Shown one piece after another: positions 11,356-21,696 of a DNA stretch of 64,000 nucleotides. Location of the stretch: NCBI GenBank assembly GCA_009859145.1, contig VRVR01000039.1, positions 208,233-272,232 on the forward strand. The letters are read 5' to 3'. The translations under genes and the position numbers were made by a program. The first letter of the stretch is position 1; each line of letters opens with the position of its first letter. This stretch comes from Andalucia godoyi And28. Taxonomy: Eukaryota > Protista > Jakobida. The notes under the pieces are model-generated. The model saw nothing but the letters and a program-made list of their open reading frames with translations. It had not been told where the DNA came from and made no database searches.

Positions 11356-11690
11356 CGCCTACATTATACACTGAACATGCATATCTACGAATAGACATGC
11401 ATATTCAATCTTGCATCCGATCAATCGGTGAGCAACACGCGGGACATGCAAACACTTTGCTTCCGCCGTTCGCGATACTCGGTCGCCTTATGGAACAACG
11501 TTGCTGGAATTGGAAGGTCTTGCAGCGGATTCGACGATGATGTTTTTGAGTACCGTCTGAGAGGTCTCAAACTGGTGTCACAGGCGGAATTTTGGCCGAG
11601 CGCGCGTAAGCATGAATTCCTGTGAAACAAAAAGTGCTAGTGTCGGCCAGTTTGACCGTGCCTGTTTATGTTTACTCTCGCATGCATGAC
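11356..11690 (-). mobile_element. Fanzor/TnpB-like relic C (frameshifted, internally deleted) with intact 3' hairpin end
   Basis: Across frameshifts the minus strand reads PV(F)ETSQTVLK, HHRRIRCKT, FQFQQR/LFHKATEY and GGSKVFACPACCSPIDR. It then jumps to a 63-nt end (11356-11418) that is 61/63 identical to 39424-39486. The left boundary is uncertain. Confidence 0.8.
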
Positions 11691-11962
11691 AATAGCGTGT
11701 TTTTGTTCAACGGCATCGATTCGTTTCGGTTCCCCTATATTCTTGCTGCCTCTTTCTTTCTTTCTTTTCTTTTCTTTTCTTTTCTTTTTTGATTCTACTT
11801 TTTTAATGTATTTTAATATTATTTATATTCTGTATTTTTGGTTTGGAAAGTTGGAATCGTTTTTATTCTATTATTCTATTTCCCCCGCCCTTTTCCAAAA
11901 AGCAATCCCAGATCTCTTTTTTAAAAGATAATAATACTAATCAGCGGTTGGAATGGGCAGCC

Positions 11963-13561
11963 ATGGCCAGCTATTGGGATCGGTTTCACGCCACAGGCAA
12001 GTTCTTGTGGTCTGACGTGCCCGGGGATCGCGAAAAAGGAATTCAGGAAATGGAGGAGCTGTGCACATTAGACCCCAATCAGTATTGGTCGTATTATAAT
12101 CTTGGACTTGTTTATTTGTGGCGGTGCAAGCCACCCAGAACGGAAGATGCGGAGCGGTGTGTGACCATTGCGTGCAAGAACGGAAAAGGTCATGCGGACT
12201 TTGACGAGAATGCAGATGTGCAGACTGGTATCCGCGATGCGCTGGCCGAATGCAGGAAACGGCGCGAAAACGCAGGAAATCTGCTGATTTGCGACCCGGA
12301 CTTCGCAGAGAGGTTCTGGGCACTTGTAAAGCAGGCGAACGAGTTGGCGTGGATGCAGAAAGACTACCGTGAAGCGTGCGTGCGGTTTGAGACGCTGAAC
12401 AGCATGTACGCCGGACACTGGATACCGCATTACAATCTCGCTGTTCTTAATCTGTATCACTGCAACCCCCGCAATGTTCTCAAGTCGTTGGCGGCAGTGG
12501 AGAAGTTTTTTGCCTTGCTGCCAACCTTTGGGACGATTGACGACCACGATCGCGTGGTTCGGACTTGTCGAACTGTTCAGTGCGCATGCTATCTGCTGAC
12601 CGGAGATGTCGCAAGGGCTGTCGAGCATTGCAGATACGGAGAGCCCTCCGACAGTGCTGGATGGGAGTTTCTGTGTCGACGCAAACGTCTGACCATCAGG
12701 ATGAACCTGGATCTGGAAGCGTTGTCGAAAAAGTACGGGTTCGCTGCGGATCAAGTCGTTCGCATCTCCTTGCCGCTGGAGCACGGCACTGCAGGCATCA
12801 CGCTGGAAAATTATGCGGTCTCATCAACTGAATTGAACACTCTGTTTTCTGCGAAGAGGGCTCCATCCGGCCATTTGGAGATTCGAAAGACTGCTTCGGC
12901 GACTCGGTTTCCAAAGTCTATCACGCTGACCATGCAAGTCATTGCGGTTCCCGTCAGCTTTCGGAACAAACAGGCACTAGTAGACTTCCAAGAAGTGACG
13001 GATCGGAACGATCCGCTGTGGAAGTTCGTTGATCCATCCGAGTATGCGGCCCTCAAAGACGATGTCGCGTTTCACCAACTCGTGCGCGACGTCACAGCCC
13101 CGTTCAACACTCTTTCTGAAAAGGTAGAGGCGATTCTGACACACATCCGTTCCAACTACACATGGGATGCACTGCAAGCGCTGTGCAAGCCAAGCGAAAT
13201 GTTGAAGCGCGGAAAAGGCGACTGCTTCACGTTCTCCCTGATGGGAATGAGTGCGCTGCGGGTTCTTAACATTCCGGCTCGATGTGTGTACGGCATTGTT
13301 GTACAGGATCCACCATGTGAGCATCCGACTCACTTCATATGCTACGCGTATTCTGTCCCGTTGAAGAGCTGGGTCCCCATTGAAGTGCAGTCCCCCAACT
13401 ATGGTATATCCACTGCGTTATTCGCCGTACCGTTTACCTGGTCCAAAAATACGGATGTTCTGTATCGCGATGACGACAGTGTTCTGTGCTACGACACTAC
13501 CATGGAGTTCTTTCCAAATGTTCCTCCGACGTCCTCACGTACCGTGGAATATCTTGACTAA
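11963..13561 (+). CDS. TPR-repeat plus transglutaminase-like domain protein
   Basis: ATG 11963 (MASYWDRF). N-terminal TPR-like helices (YYNLGLVYL, HYNLAVLNL). C-terminal GKGDCFTFS..ALRVLNIPARCVYG..HFICYAY..WVPIE is a transglutaminase core with Cys-His-Glu. Confidence 0.75.
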   Translation: MASYWDRFHATGKFLWSDVPGDREKGIQEMEELCTLDPNQYWSYYNLGLVYLWRCKPPRTEDAERCVTIACKNGKGHADFDENADVQTGIRDALAECRKRRENAGNLLICDPDFAERFWALVKQANELAWMQKDYREACVRFETLNSMYAGHWIPHYNLAVLNLYHCNPRNVLKSLAAVEKFFALLPTFGTIDDHDRVVRTCRTVQCACYLLTGDVARAVEHCRYGEPSDSAGWEFLCRRKRLTIRMNLDLEALSKKYGFAADQVVRISLPLEHGTAGITLENYAVSSTELNTLFSAKRAPSGHLEIRKTASATRFPKSITLTMQVIAVPVSFRNKQALVDFQEVTDRNDPLWKFVDPSEYAALKDDVAFHQLVRDVTAPFNTLSEKVEAILTHIRSNYTWDALQALCKPSEMLKRGKGDCFTFSLMGMSALRVLNIPARCVYGIVVQDPPCEHPTHFICYAYSVPLKSWVPIEVQSPNYGISTALFAVPFTWSKNTDVLYRDDDSVLCYDTTMEFFPNVPPTSSRTVEYLD

Positions 13562-13705
13562 GCAGCAAATCTTCTCCCCTTGTCTTCACGCCCTCTTTCC
13601 TTCTTCAATTTCATTTCATTTCATTTCATTTAATTAAAAAAAATAATATATATATATAAGAGATTAGAAAGGCAGCAAAGAAGAGATTCGTCAGCGGGGG
13701 AAAAG

Positions 13706-16700
13706 TCAACTTCGATATCCATCCGAGTAGTCTTGAACCACGTGCATGAATCGAAGTCGCAGCTCTTCGTTGTAGGTTGCCAAATAATAGATTCGATTCC
13801 CATTCTTGAGGGAGAACGGGAATCTCGGCACATCAGGTTCGTCGATGTCCTTGGGAGACATGTAGACATAGCAGCCTGGTTCGAGGATCACGGTGTTTCG
13901 AGGCGTAAACACACCTCCGCTGGTTTCTCGGAAGTTCAGGATTCTGTTGTTGGAAAGATCAAATTCGAATATCCTTTCCTGCCATGATTTCCCTGTCATT
14001 CCCCCGCGTTTCCACACGGGCACTCTCGTGACAGTTGGACCTTCGAGCAAGCTGACCGACGACGGCCAGACCGCAGGCCCAATGTCTGCTTTAGAAGCGC
14101 TGCTGGATTGCGCAAACGGAGCCACAATGCGCTTCAAAATGGCACTGCACAGAGTTTCGAAACCCCACTCTGACGAAATGCAGTGAATTTCAGAGACATA
14201 CTGGCACTGGCTTCTCACCGCAAGATCCTTCAAAGTCGCGTAGTTCGCGACGGCGTATTCGGACTGACAAGACAGCAGCATTCGAGGGCAGCAAAAGTCT
14301 CTGAAGGACGCCAAGCCTTCCGCCATCGCTACTTCCACAAACGACTGGACGTCCGCAATGTTCCCCATTCCTTGCATGAGCATAATGGCCAACAAGGGTT
14401 CGCAGTTTCGAGGGAGGTCCTTGGCAAGAACAAATCTGAACTGCTTCGCACAAGAGTTCTTGTACGGCGACGACTCCATCGCGTCATGAACGAATGCTGA
14501 TGCAAATGCAGAATCCATGCACGACACCAGCACATACTGGATATCCGATTTCGCCGGCGGTCGGACACTGCCGCCCCGCAACGGAATCAAGCTGGATCGC
14601 AGTGCGTTGATATTGACAAGAAGTCGGGAACTGCAGACTAGAAACGACGCGGCCGTCGCTTCTGACATTTGTCGAGCAACTTTCCACGAGGGAGAAGAAA
14701 AGGGGACCTGCTCACAGCGACTAAATACGAGGCACGAGGACTTGCCAAAGCGGCTTGTTGCCTTGAAATCGGACACAACCCGATTGAAATCTTCGCTCAG
14801 TATATTCTCCAAGTCGACTACGTACAGGACAACGTCAAACGTCTTTGGACAGAAGTCGGCAGTGTTGTCCAAACTGTAGCAGGAAAAGAAGCACAGATGA
14901 TTCTGATACAGCAGACTCGACGCTGCAAATTTTTCGTTTGCCGTGGATGACCGACCGGTCAGTGCTTGCACAACCGCTTCCTTTTCCGAGTCTGCACTGC
15001 CAAATACTCCAAAAGACTTCATCGTGGAGTCTGTTTGGACTAGCCGGGCATTTGGCAGAACCTTGCCCATCCGAGCCCCATTTTGACACAACACCAAACC
15101 GGGATCCTCGTCCTGTCTCGAATATCTGCAGAGAAGAAACGACACGTTTCCGGAAAAAGAACGAAAGAACGGCGCAGATGCATTCGCATAGTCATATTGA
15201 AACGAAACTCGTTCTATTCGAGCACGGTGATCACCAGGCAACGAAAACGAAAAGAAGCCTCCCGTATTCGATGTGCGGAAGGTGGCATCTTGGGAAAACA
15301 AGTCTGATCCGCAGATCCGCAGAGACTTTTTGATTTCGATCACCTCGTTCAGATCGTAGACACCGGTAGAGAACAGCAGCACGTCGCCGTCGCCAAATGC
15401 GCCAAACCATTCTTGCTGATTTTCGCGTGGGAAGCTTGCCGGATCGACCCGGATGCACCGGCCTCCAAGTTCGTACCCGGGGACACACGGAAGGCCGTGC
15501 TTGAACCCAGTACTTTGGGATGCAAGCAGTTGCCACACCGGGATGGGTTTCTGGGTAGAAAACTTCAAGACACCAAAATGGGTCTGGATCTCGCAACCTT
15601 TCACGAATGCCAAAAGAAAATGTAAATTGTAGAAGCACTCACCCAGATCGGAGCTTGCATCCAGAAAATCAGAAGCCGACCTCTCGAATACGTCTTCGGC
15701 CTGCAGCAACACAGGCAACTTTCTGAACAGACCACCGAGACTTTCCCAAGACACTTGCAACAACGACTTGGCCGACGTCGAGCTTTCGGACAGAACATCG
15801 CAGACTGCACGAAGCAACGTTACCGATGCACAACGGTGGATCATAGAATCGGAAATGACATCGAACAGAGGAACGGATGGCGTTTGCAGAAACGCAACAT
15901 CCAACAGCAGATCACCAGAATCCGTAAATTGGACGCGTACCTGAAACTGGCGGTCTCCAAACAAGTAGAAGCACAGCGTTTCTACAAGGCACTGCAGCGT
16001 TTCCAGACCATAGTCCAAACTCAGAGCTGGAGACGGATTTGCAAACGTGGTGCACACGCGAAACAAGTTGCCATCCAGTGCACACATGACCTTTGGTCCG
16101 GTTGCAATCGTGACGGATGCCGCAGTGTTCGGAGCACTCGGGTTCCACACCGACTCGAGCGACATGAAGCATTGCGGAACATCATGTTTGGTCGACGCTA
16201 GGACGGGCACATCCGCGAGAGGCGCGGGTGCCGTTGACTCATGATCCTTTTCCGAGACGTTCCGCACCGATTCATCGACGGTTGCATGACCGTACACATG
16301 CATATCAGCAAGAGTGCTGTGCAGAGTATGTTTCTCGAGAGGTTGGCACGGCTGGAGGTTCGAGCCGAGTGGACTGGATTTCGCGGGCAAGGGACTCGTT
16401 GCACGGGATGCATTCTGCAGCTTGCTAAACACCATAGACAGCTGGGCAACGTCCAGCTCCGTGAGGGTATTCGGCGGTTCCACTGGCTGCATCTTCTCGT
16501 TGATAACGCTACTCCAAGTCGCAGCAATGGACGTCGGATCCACTACGTCAAACACAGCATCCACATCAGTACTGTGAAAGATGGATCCGACGCAAAACAC
16601 GGTACCACAGTTGCGCGTCTTCAGAACACACTCAGATTTTGTGGACTGAATGAAAGCAATGGACTCGACGACAACCTGGCACTCTTCAATCGACAGCAGC

Positions 16701-17641
16701 GGCCGTTGCGCATCCCGAACTCGCAAAACGACATCTTCCGTTCTCAATCCGCATCCTCTCAAAATCAGATCCTTTTGCTGGATGGAGATGTTCACCTCGT
16801 ACGTGCCTGGATTCAGCAAGATCACATCTCCAGCACACGATATCTGCAGAGCCTTGTCGAGCTCATCTGCACTACTCACATGAATTGGTGCGGCCGTTTC
16901 CACGCTCCACACGTCGGGGAAAAAGATGGAGCGAAGCGAAGCATTTTCCTGGATGGTAGTGCTTCGAAAGCACACAAACGACGACGCAATCTCAAAGCTC
17001 TCAAGTGCAGGAAGCAAGCGCATAAAGTCCCAAACGGCGCTAGATGAGAGAGCGCCGCCTTGCTGCTTCCATGCGTTTCTCGGAAGGTTCCACTGCATGC
17101 CCAAGAACCGGAGTGCATAGCCAGACTGGACCATGTCTCGGAATGCCTCATGCAGCACACGGATCGCAAACACACGCGCATCGCCGCTCTCCGCTCCGTC
17201 TTCCACAGCAATCAGATGTCTCTTCATCGCGTACAGCGTCTCTACAGACGGCCCGCGTCCCGACACAATCAAGTCTGTGGCACTCGACACAATACCCTTG
17301 TGATGGAGCGTCACTTCCACTGCACACGTTCTGCAGCACGCCGAGAACGAGCACTGCGGTTCCGTAAACACCGCGTCTTGCGAAGACACGACATTACGCT
17401 GGAACAAGTGTCTGCACATCATCTTCATCACGCTCGATAGTTTGTGCTCATAATCCCGCAGAACGTCCGCAGCAGGACGAGATGATCCACCCGTCAGCTG
17501 GAAAAGCGTATGAAACGTAATTCGAAGCTTCAGCTCCCCATTTGCCACTCTCAGTTCCGAGTTCTGCGGCCGTCGGTATATTCGACAGTCAAAGTCAAAC
17601 GGATCGCTCTTTGACTTTCCCAAGAACTCACAAACCAGCAT
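13706..17641 (-). CDS. Multidomain protein: two pectin-lyase-like beta-helix segments, two degenerate Ras-like domains, C-terminal PH domain
   Basis: 1311 aa from a true [15 protein letters not shown] and [13 protein letters not shown] are beta-helix caps. [35 protein letters not shown] is Ras-like without canonical G-boxes. [17 protein letters not shown] is a PH start. Confidence 0.65.
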   Translation of the reverse strand: MLVCEFLGKSKSDPFDFDCRIYRRPQNSELRVANGELKLRITFHTLFQLTGGSSRPAADVLRDYEHKLSSVMKMMCRHLFQRNVVSSQDAVFTEPQCSFSACCRTCAVEVTLHHKGIVSSATDLIVSGRGPSVETLYAMKRHLIAVEDGAESGDARVFAIRVLHEAFRDMVQSGYALRFLGMQWNLPRNAWKQQGGALSSSAVWDFMRLLPALESFEIASSFVCFRSTTIQENASLRSIFFPDVWSVETAAPIHVSSADELDKALQISCAGDVILLNPGTYEVNISIQQKDLILRGCGLRTEDVVLRVRDAQRPLLSIEECQVVVESIAFIQSTKSECVLKTRNCGTVFCVGSIFHSTDVDAVFDVVDPTSIAATWSSVINEKMQPVEPPNTLTELDVAQLSMVFSKLQNASRATSPLPAKSSPLGSNLQPCQPLEKHTLHSTLADMHVYGHATVDESVRNVSEKDHESTAPAPLADVPVLASTKHDVPQCFMSLESVWNPSAPNTAASVTIATGPKVMCALDGNLFRVCTTFANPSPALSLDYGLETLQCLVETLCFYLFGDRQFQVRVQFTDSGDLLLDVAFLQTPSVPLFDVISDSMIHRCASVTLLRAVCDVLSESSTSAKSLLQVSWESLGGLFRKLPVLLQAEDVFERSASDFLDASSDLGECFYNLHFLLAFVKGCEIQTHFGVLKFSTQKPIPVWQLLASQSTGFKHGLPCVPGYELGGRCIRVDPASFPRENQQEWFGAFGDGDVLLFSTGVYDLNEVIEIKKSLRICGSDLFSQDATFRTSNTGGFFSFSLPGDHRARIERVSFQYDYANASAPFFRSFSGNVSFLLCRYSRQDEDPGLVLCQNGARMGKVLPNARLVQTDSTMKSFGVFGSADSEKEAVVQALTGRSSTANEKFAASSLLYQNHLCFFSCYSLDNTADFCPKTFDVVLYVVDLENILSEDFNRVVSDFKATSRFGKSSCLVFSRCEQVPFSSPSWKVARQMSEATAASFLVCSSRLLVNINALRSSLIPLRGGSVRPPAKSDIQYVLVSCMDSAFASAFVHDAMESSPYKNSCAKQFRFVLAKDLPRNCEPLLAIMLMQGMGNIADVQSFVEVAMAEGLASFRDFCCPRMLLSCQSEYAVANYATLKDLAVRSQCQYVSEIHCISSEWGFETLCSAILKRIVAPFAQSSSASKADIGPAVWPSSVSLLEGPTVTRVPVWKRGGMTGKSWQERIFEFDLSNNRILNFRETSGGVFTPRNTVILEPGCYVYMSPKDIDEPDVPRFPFSLKNGNRIYYLATYNEELRLRFMHVVQDYSDGYRS

Positions 17642-17645
<4 letters not shown>

Positions 17646-17730
<85 letters not shown>

Positions 17731-17830
17731 TCGCACACTCGCACACTCGCACACTCGCACACTCGCACACTCGCACACTCGCACACTCGCACACTCGCAC
17801 ACTCGCACACTCGCACACTCGCACACTCGC
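17646..17830 (+). repeat. Compound microsatellite (CT)n-(CA)n-(GCACACTC)n
   Basis: Directly visible, with about 12 octamer units. It abuts the ATG of the 1311-aa gene. Confidence 0.9.
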
Positions 17831-18230
17831 AGATCTTGTATGCAGCAGTCGCTCTTGAAGAACGAAAGAAAAAATAGCGGGAGTTTAAAGTGAATAGTAA
17901 TCAAATTAAAAGATATAACCAAGCACACAAATAAACAAAAACGAAAAGCAACAGGGAAAAAAGAAAAAAGGGGTCGGGGCTGCGGGATTTTCAAATGCTT
18001 TCAACGGCGGAGGTTTTTTACGGTTTAGGACTCAAAGGCGAGCAAAACCCCCGACTTTATCCTTCTTCTGAAACACACGCTGAGACTCGAGTTTTAAGAT
18101 GAGGCTGCGATCGTTAATGAAACGGATTGTGCTTCGTTATCGGATTCGGTTCTTTTTGTTGAGGGATTGGCGTTTGAGAGTTGACGGGTTCTTCGTTGAT
18201 TAAGAGATTTGTGGGGGGAAAGACGAGGAG

Positions 18231-19259
18231 ATGGACGACGAGGAGAATCAGATATGGCAAGACCGGGAAATCCGATTTGATATCTCACCTTCGTATCTAA
18301 AGCTTCGTCGAGGCGAATTTGACATTGATGCGCTTGACTCGATTGAGGATACAAAGGGAAACAATGGAGAGAAGGGGAGCTTGTACGTGACGAATCTGCG
18401 AATGATGTGGACTAGCAGTCGTAATCCACGGATCAATCTGAGCATTGGGTACAATGCAGTTGTGAACATCACGATCCACGGTGTGCAGTCGCGGCTGCGA
18501 GGCCATACACAGGCACTGTACGTGTTGACGAAGTTCAACGGGTCTCGGTTTGAGTTTATTTTTACAAATCTTGTGAAGAATTCGCCCCGGCTGTTCACGA
18601 CGGTCCAAGCAGTTTTCAAGAGCTATGAGTCCACACGTCTGTACCGGGATCTCAAGCTCCGGGGAGCGATTATCCGCGACAAGGAGCTTATTCTGCTTCC
18701 TGACGAGCAGATCTATAGTCGTGTCAATGGTGTTTGGAACCTCAGCTCCGAGCAAGGGAACCTTGGTTCGTTCTACATCACCAATGTACGAATCGTGTGG
18801 TTTGCGAACCTTGCCGAGAACTTCAATGTCTCGATTCCGTATCCGCAGATCAAGGCGATTGGGGTGCGCGAATCAAAGTTCGGGCAGGCACTGGTGATTG
18901 AGACTCTGGCTGCTTCGGGCGGCTACGTCCTTGGCTTTCGAGTGGACCAGCCAGACAGGCTCAACCAGGTTTTCAAGGAAATGGCGTCGCTGCACAAGCT
19001 TTTTTCGCAGAATCCAGTGTTTGGAGTAAAGGCTTCGTTTGAAGACAGGCCTGCGGCACTCGAGGCTGTCACCGTTAAGCGAATCACAGACGACGTGCAG
19101 ATCGTCGACGAAGGCGCAGAGTCCGATGCGTTTGCGGCATACTTTGCAGAGGGCTCAAAGGCATCGGATCGACCGGTTGTCTATTCCACCGAGCTTGGTC
19201 TCGCGGTGGAGAAGCCCCGTGATGGCTGGACAATTGATAAGCTGTGGTCTGTCCTATGA
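18231..19259 (+). CDS. BBS5: Bardet-Biedl syndrome 5 protein (BBSome subunit)
   Basis: IWQDREIRFD, DSIEDTKGNNGEKG, NGVWNLSSEQGNLG, SKFGQALVIET and GGYVLGFRVD are conserved BBS5 motifs; 342 aa. Confidence 0.97.
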   Translation: MDDEENQIWQDREIRFDISPSYLKLRRGEFDIDALDSIEDTKGNNGEKGSLYVTNLRMMWTSSRNPRINLSIGYNAVVNITIHGVQSRLRGHTQALYVLTKFNGSRFEFIFTNLVKNSPRLFTTVQAVFKSYESTRLYRDLKLRGAIIRDKELILLPDEQIYSRVNGVWNLSSEQGNLGSFYITNVRIVWFANLAENFNVSIPYPQIKAIGVRESKFGQALVIETLAASGGYVLGFRVDQPDRLNQVFKEMASLHKLFSQNPVFGVKASFEDRPAALEAVTVKRITDDVQIVDEGAESDAFAAYFAEGSKASDRPVVYSTELGLAVEKPRDGWTIDKLWSVL

Positions 19260-19515
19260 TTCTGTTTTTTAAATTTTTATTGTGCTATTGCGCAGGTGCA
19301 CGTGCGTGAATGCGTGATTCTCATTTCCTTTCTTAAATACCTAATCTCATTCTTACAGTGGTATATAGAAATATTAAAAATGCCGTTTTCACAGTCAAGC
19401 GTGATCGAAAGAGAGAAGACGGATGGAGAGCTCGATGAGAGGGGGAAAAAACCAACCCATCGAGGGAAAGAAGCTGCACAAAGTTTTTGGAAGCAAACAC
19501 GGGGGGAAAAAAGCG

Positions 19516-21039
19516 CTAGTCAAGCTTTGAGTCCAGTCCGAGGATTTCACGAGCTTGCGACACACGCACGGGCCGATTGAAGAATCGCTTCCACACCAGC
19601 AAGGCCAGCGATACGACACAGAACGACACACAGGTCGCCACGACGACGACAATGGCATTGACCAAGACACCGAATCCCCAGCTTGAATACGCGCTGTCTA
19701 CACAGGCTCTGGCGATGGGGCCGCACAAGATGGAGACTGCATACGACACCCCAAGCGCCGAGACGGCATGTGTGACGTCATCCACGTGCCATCTCTCCTC
19801 GATCGCGATTCGGAGTTCGGTGAGCACCGGTGCGTACAGCGCAGAAGCGACCAGCATTGCGTACGGTGGAAACCCAAATGCAGTGCAGCTCGCGAAGGCC
19901 GGGCCAGCAAGGAGAGCAGACAACAGAAACGAGTCGATGACTGGTTTACTGTCGTGCCGAAGACGCAGCAGCGTAGTGTAAAAATATGTGGTCAGCGTAA
20001 GTGCGGCCATCGCAAGCAAGCTGTTCAGCAGGATCGAGTACGGGACTCCGTGCTTTGTGGAAGTGAGTGATGAGTCGGACGTGCTGGAGCTCGACGACGG
20101 GGGGAATGCTAAGAGCGGCATGCACGATGCCGACAAGAGCGACAGCAGAAGAAGAAGTATGCCAAACGAAGACGTGGAAAAGGACGATCCCGGAATAAGA
20201 CCCACTTTCCCAGCACGCGCCGTTTGCTGCTCGCTCTGTTCCGAAAGCTCGGACTCTTCGGAGTGCTCCGAGTGGTCCGAATTGTCGGGTCGCCGTCCTC
20301 GTCGCTGTATATCACTGTCCCTTTGGGTGTCATTGTCATTGTCGTTGTTGTTGTCGTTGTCACCGATGTGGTGCTCCTGTTCGGAGCGGACGAGGGCTGC
20401 CGAGTCCGACGACCGAGTGTGATGGGATCGAAGGACCTTTGCATAGCGGCCCATGCGAGGGCCGACTTTCGCCGCCGTGGTTCCGGCAAGGCAGAGCGCA
20501 GCAGTCATGAACGCTAGCGCCACAAACTGTAGATTTCCCGCCTCGACGTGGATAATATTCTGGATTTGGAATCCGATGATGCGAACGACAGGTAGCACGA
20601 CTCCCGCCAGCAAAAACGCGAGCACAGGATGCAAGAACGGATCCATGCGCTCGGCCACGACGCTTGATGTTACCAGAGCTGCACTTGAGACAATGATCGC
20701 TTCGAGAGAGAACACCGCAAACGACGCGTCGTCTGTCGCGTCACTCGTCAGCAAGAAGGCCGACGAGGTCGAGTCGCCCGTGAACACGCGGGGCGCAGCA
20801 TACCCGTACAACAGATGGAAAACTCCCGCAATGGACGCCAGAAGCGCATTCTTGGCGAGTACAAACTGCGTATTCTTATCGCGGACACAGCCGATCTCCC
20901 ACAGACTCACCCCGACAAGCGACAGGGTAGTCAGCGTCAGCGAGAGAATGACGCGTGTTGTTTCCAGCGACGCCGACAGAGATGTGTATACAGTCGCGAG
21001 CTCATCGGCCCCGATCAAGGTTGCATTGTACGCGGACAT
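19516..21039 (-). CDS. Divergent ammonium transporter (Amt/MEP) family protein
   Basis: About 11 hydrophobic segments. RDKNTQFVLAKN, VAERMD, VGPRMGRY and VDDVTHAV match Amt motifs. Large acidic loop insert; both conserved His positions are replaced. Confidence 0.75.
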   Translation of the reverse strand: MSAYNATLIGADELATVYTSLSASLETTRVILSLTLTTLSLVGVSLWEIGCVRDKNTQFVLAKNALLASIAGVFHLLYGYAAPRVFTGDSTSSAFLLTSDATDDASFAVFSLEAIIVSSAALVTSSVVAERMDPFLHPVLAFLLAGVVLPVVRIIGFQIQNIIHVEAGNLQFVALAFMTAALCLAGTTAAKVGPRMGRYAKVLRSHHTRSSDSAALVRSEQEHHIGDNDNNNDNDNDTQRDSDIQRRGRRPDNSDHSEHSEESELSEQSEQQTARAGKVGLIPGSSFSTSSFGILLLLLSLLSASCMPLLAFPPSSSSSTSDSSLTSTKHGVPYSILLNSLLAMAALTLTTYFYTTLLRLRHDSKPVIDSFLLSALLAGPAFASCTAFGFPPYAMLVASALYAPVLTELRIAIEERWHVDDVTHAVSALGVSYAVSILCGPIARACVDSAYSSWGFGVLVNAIVVVVATCVSFCVVSLALLVWKRFFNRPVRVSQAREILGLDSKLD

Positions 21040-21236
21040 GCATTACCTCTGGGTTTCGGGGGGAATGCACGGCGCTTTTTTAATTAATTTTTTTCCTTCC
21101 AAAAAAAGCACGCGATGACGGCCCTGATGTCGGACTGATCTAAAATTCACGAGGTTGAAGCCAACCCAAAAATGGAAGGCTGTTCACCAATCTGACATTC
21201 GGTAAAAAAGCAGAAACCAGGAACGGCGAACTGTAG

Positions 21237-21309
21237 TCGCCCATAGTTTAGGTGGCTATGACACATCCCTCTCAAGGATGAGACCCGGGTTCGAGTCCCG
21301 GTGGGCGAG
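21237..21309 (+). tRNA. tRNA-Glu, anticodon CTC
   Basis: Acceptor stem TCGCCCA/TGGGCGA; anticodon stem CATCC/GGATG with loop CTCTCAA; T-arm CCGGG-TTCGAGT-CCCGG; downstream T-runs. Confidence 0.93.
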
Positions 21310-21535
21310 TATACTCTCTTTTTTCTTTTTGCCCCTCTCTGTTTTTTTTCTTTTCCTTTTCCCGCGGCCCCGCCCCTGTTCTCCGGCGGGAAAAGAAACA
21401 GTCTGCGGCTTGGAGTATTACTCGAAGATCATGAGAACAGCGCTTTTGCTTGCACACCGAAGCGCAGCGTGGAATGTCGGCTGCGCCAAATCGACTTCGA
21501 CCCGAGAGGAAAAACAGCCGCCTTACAGGGCTCTG

Positions 21536-21593
<58 letters not shown>

Positions 21594-21696
21594 TGTGTGT
21601 GTACAGAGAACAGGAAGGGAAAAGGAAAGGAAAAAAAAAACAGGAAGAAGGAACACACGGAACGGAAGGGAAGAAGTACAGAGTATACAGAGAAGC

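Noticed and set aside
17733-17830. Possible telomeric or interstitial telomere repeat
   Set aside because: The unit GCACACTC is derived from the adjacent (CA)n tract, has no G-rich telomere-like strand and is flanked by genes.
21301-21696. N-terminal extension of the acetolactate synthase ORF
   Set aside because: It begins inside the tRNA at a non-ATG codon and crosses T-runs and microsatellites. The real start is ATG 21697.
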